NCBI GenBank assembly: GCA_964571235.1
Contig: CAZNAI010000003.1
Span: 77,924 to 141,923, forward strand
Direction of reading: 5' to 3'
Origin: an uncultured Ignavibacteriales bacterium
GTDB lineage: Bacteria > Zixibacteria > MSB-5A5 > GN15 > FEB-12
Length of the DNA stretch: 64,000 nucleotides
How positions within the stretch are numbered: position 1 is the stretch's first letter; each line of letters begins with the position of its first letter. Of the stretch, positions 62,617 to 64,000 are shown one piece after another. The notes under the pieces were generated by a model that made no database searches, was not told where the DNA came from, and saw only the letters and a list, made by a program, of their open reading frames with translations. A program made the translations under genes and the position numbers.

Positions 62617-64000
62617 ATGGATCCAAAAGCAAAAAAAGTTCTCGCAGTTATGGGTGTACTCTTGCTGGCGGCCGGGGTTTGGTTCACCTGGTCGACTTTC
62701 AAGCCGCTCACTCCCGAAGAAAAACTCGCCAAGATCATCTTTTTGGAAAACCGTCGCGACTGCTCCAAAGAGTTAATCAATTTCCTTTCCGATGATTCTC
62801 CCGAAACGCGCACCCGCGCGGCGCTGGCAGTCGGACGAATCGGCGCACCGAAGTCCGGCGAGCATCTGTATCAACTGCTTAAAGATCAATCGCTCGATGT
62901 CGCCTCCACCGCCGCCTTTGCGCTGGGGTTGACCTCCGAGCATGACTACGCACGAAAACTTTTGGAAGTCGCCAACGATCTGCCTACCCAGGTAGCGGCG
63001 TGGGCGGTCCGTTCGGGCGGACGGCTGGCCGATTCGACTATGACCGATATTGGAAACGATATCGCCGAGTATCTTCTACATCCGGCCCCGGAAGTACGCG
63101 AGGCCGCCTGTTATGCCCTCTATTATGCAAAAGCTAAAGACGCCGCCTCGCAACTGGTGACATTTGTCAAAACCGAGCCGGATACTTCGGTCAAAGCGGC
63201 CGGACTTTTTACACTCGCGAGGCTGAGTATGGATGCCGGCACGCCGGTCTTTATCGACTACTTGGCCGACCCCGATCCGTACTTGCGGGCACTGGCGGTG
63301 CGCGGGCTGGCTAGTTCTACCTCGCCTGAGGCCGAGCATTACCTTGAGATCGCGCTCAACGACGGCGACAAAAAAGTAGTCGCACAAGCGGTGGCTTCGC
63401 TGGGTGGAAAAAAGACGCTGTCGGCCTCGCAGAGATTGGGCCAGCGGTTGAATCTCGAAACCGACGAGAAGCTGATACTTGAACTGATCGCCGCTCTACA
63501 AAGACAGAATAGCGATCAGGGATTGGTCGCGGCCAACACGCATGTAATGACCGGCGGGAGTGTCAATATTGTATCAGCGGCGTTGCCGTACCTGGCGACT
63601 ATCCAAAAAGACAAAGTGATGGCTCTCTTGGATTCGCTCTTAAACGGTAAACCCGATTCGAAAATCCGAAGTGCGGCCGCCGAATCGTTTGGACTACTAA
63701 GCAAGACCAGCGTTGTGCCGCGATTGGCGGGGCTTTTCGCCGACGAAGACCCCGATGTGCGCGCGGCGGCCTTTGACCAGCTCTACACACTGGATACCGC
63801 CAACCGATCATTCTATCTGACCAAAGCGCTGGCCGATCCGGACTACATGCTGGTGGTGGTCGCACTCGATAAAATCGGCACCGACACCCTCCGTCAATAT
63901 CTGCCGACTCTCAGTCAACTGATCAAACAAGGAGCGGGAGTCGACCGGGACGTGCGTCGCTCGGCGCTTGAAGCCCTAAAGTCGTTTATCACTGCCGGAG
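62617..64000 (+). CDS. HEAT/armadillo-like repeat protein with an N-terminal membrane anchor (3' end beyond the window)
   Basis: Not in the track because it has no stop. My own translation from ATG 62617 reads MDPKAKKVLAVMGVLLLAAGVWFTW.., then repeated D-x-(D/S)-P-x-(V/T)-R-x-x-A-(A/L) helices (DDSPETRTRAALAVG, HPAPEVREAACYAL, DPDPYLRALAVRGL, DEDPDVRAAAFDQL, DRDVRRSALEAL). Open to nt 64000. Confidence 0.7.
   Translation, partial: MDPKAKKVLAVMGVLLLAAGVWFTWSTFKPLTPEEKLAKIIFLENRRDCSKELINFLSDDSPETRTRAALAVGRIGAPKSGEHLYQLLKDQSLDVASTAAFALGLTSEHDYARKLLEVANDLPTQVAAWAVRSGGRLADSTMTDIGNDIAEYLLHPAPEVREAACYALYYAKAKDAASQLVTFVKTEPDTSVKAAGLFTLARLSMDAGTPVFIDYLADPDPYLRALAVRGLASSTSPEAEHYLEIALNDGDKKVVAQAVASLGGKKTLSASQRLGQRLNLETDEKLILELIAALQRQNSDQGLVAANTHVMTGGSVNIVSAALPYLATIQKDKVMALLDSLLNGKPDSKIRSAAAESFGLLSKTSVVPRLAGLFADEDPDVRAAAFDQLYTLDTANRSFYLTKALADPDYMLVVVALDKIGTDTLRQYLPTLSQLIKQGAGVDRDVRRSALEALKSFITAG

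Overview
64-kb chromosomal window from a moderately GC-rich bacterium. The gene content suggests an uncultivated FCB-like lineage: a TonB receptor with a carboxypeptidase-regulatory N-domain, CRTAC1/ASPIC-type proteins and dockerin-like tails. That placement is inference only. All domain calls come from motifs I read in the supplied translations; no BLAST or HMM search was possible. I support about 55 CDS and found no rRNA, tRNA, CRISPR array, transposase or integrase by eye.

The window spans the replication-origin neighbourhood (mrp, dnaA, dnaN, then recF about 4 kb further on), with DnaA-box clusters on both sides of dnaA. Housekeeping genes include hflX, uvrA, rex, alr, a LytS/LytTR two-component pair, ileS with a dksA-type gene and lspA, mutM, an iscU-like gene, birA, nadC, ilvC and tag.

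Observations worth a second look:
1. Three large secreted proteins are otherwise unrelated but end in the same cysteine-bracketed twin dockerin-like tail of about 74 aa. Two of them are adjacent at 48.9-53.3 kb. This is my best candidate for an undescribed surface-display or sorting system.
2. Two paralogous secreted M1-aminopeptidase-like proteins of about 730 aa have lost the HExxH histidines but keep the exact x18-E spacing.
3. An AT-richer type II restriction-modification island (methyltransferase, C-protein, MvaI/BcnI-like endonuclease) is bracketed by repeat clusters.
4. Several intergenic clusters carry GTAG-headed hairpins (REP/REPIN-like), including an 88-92 bp hairpin doublet present in three copies. 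No RAYT gene is in view.
5. A perfect Rex operator lies upstream of rex.
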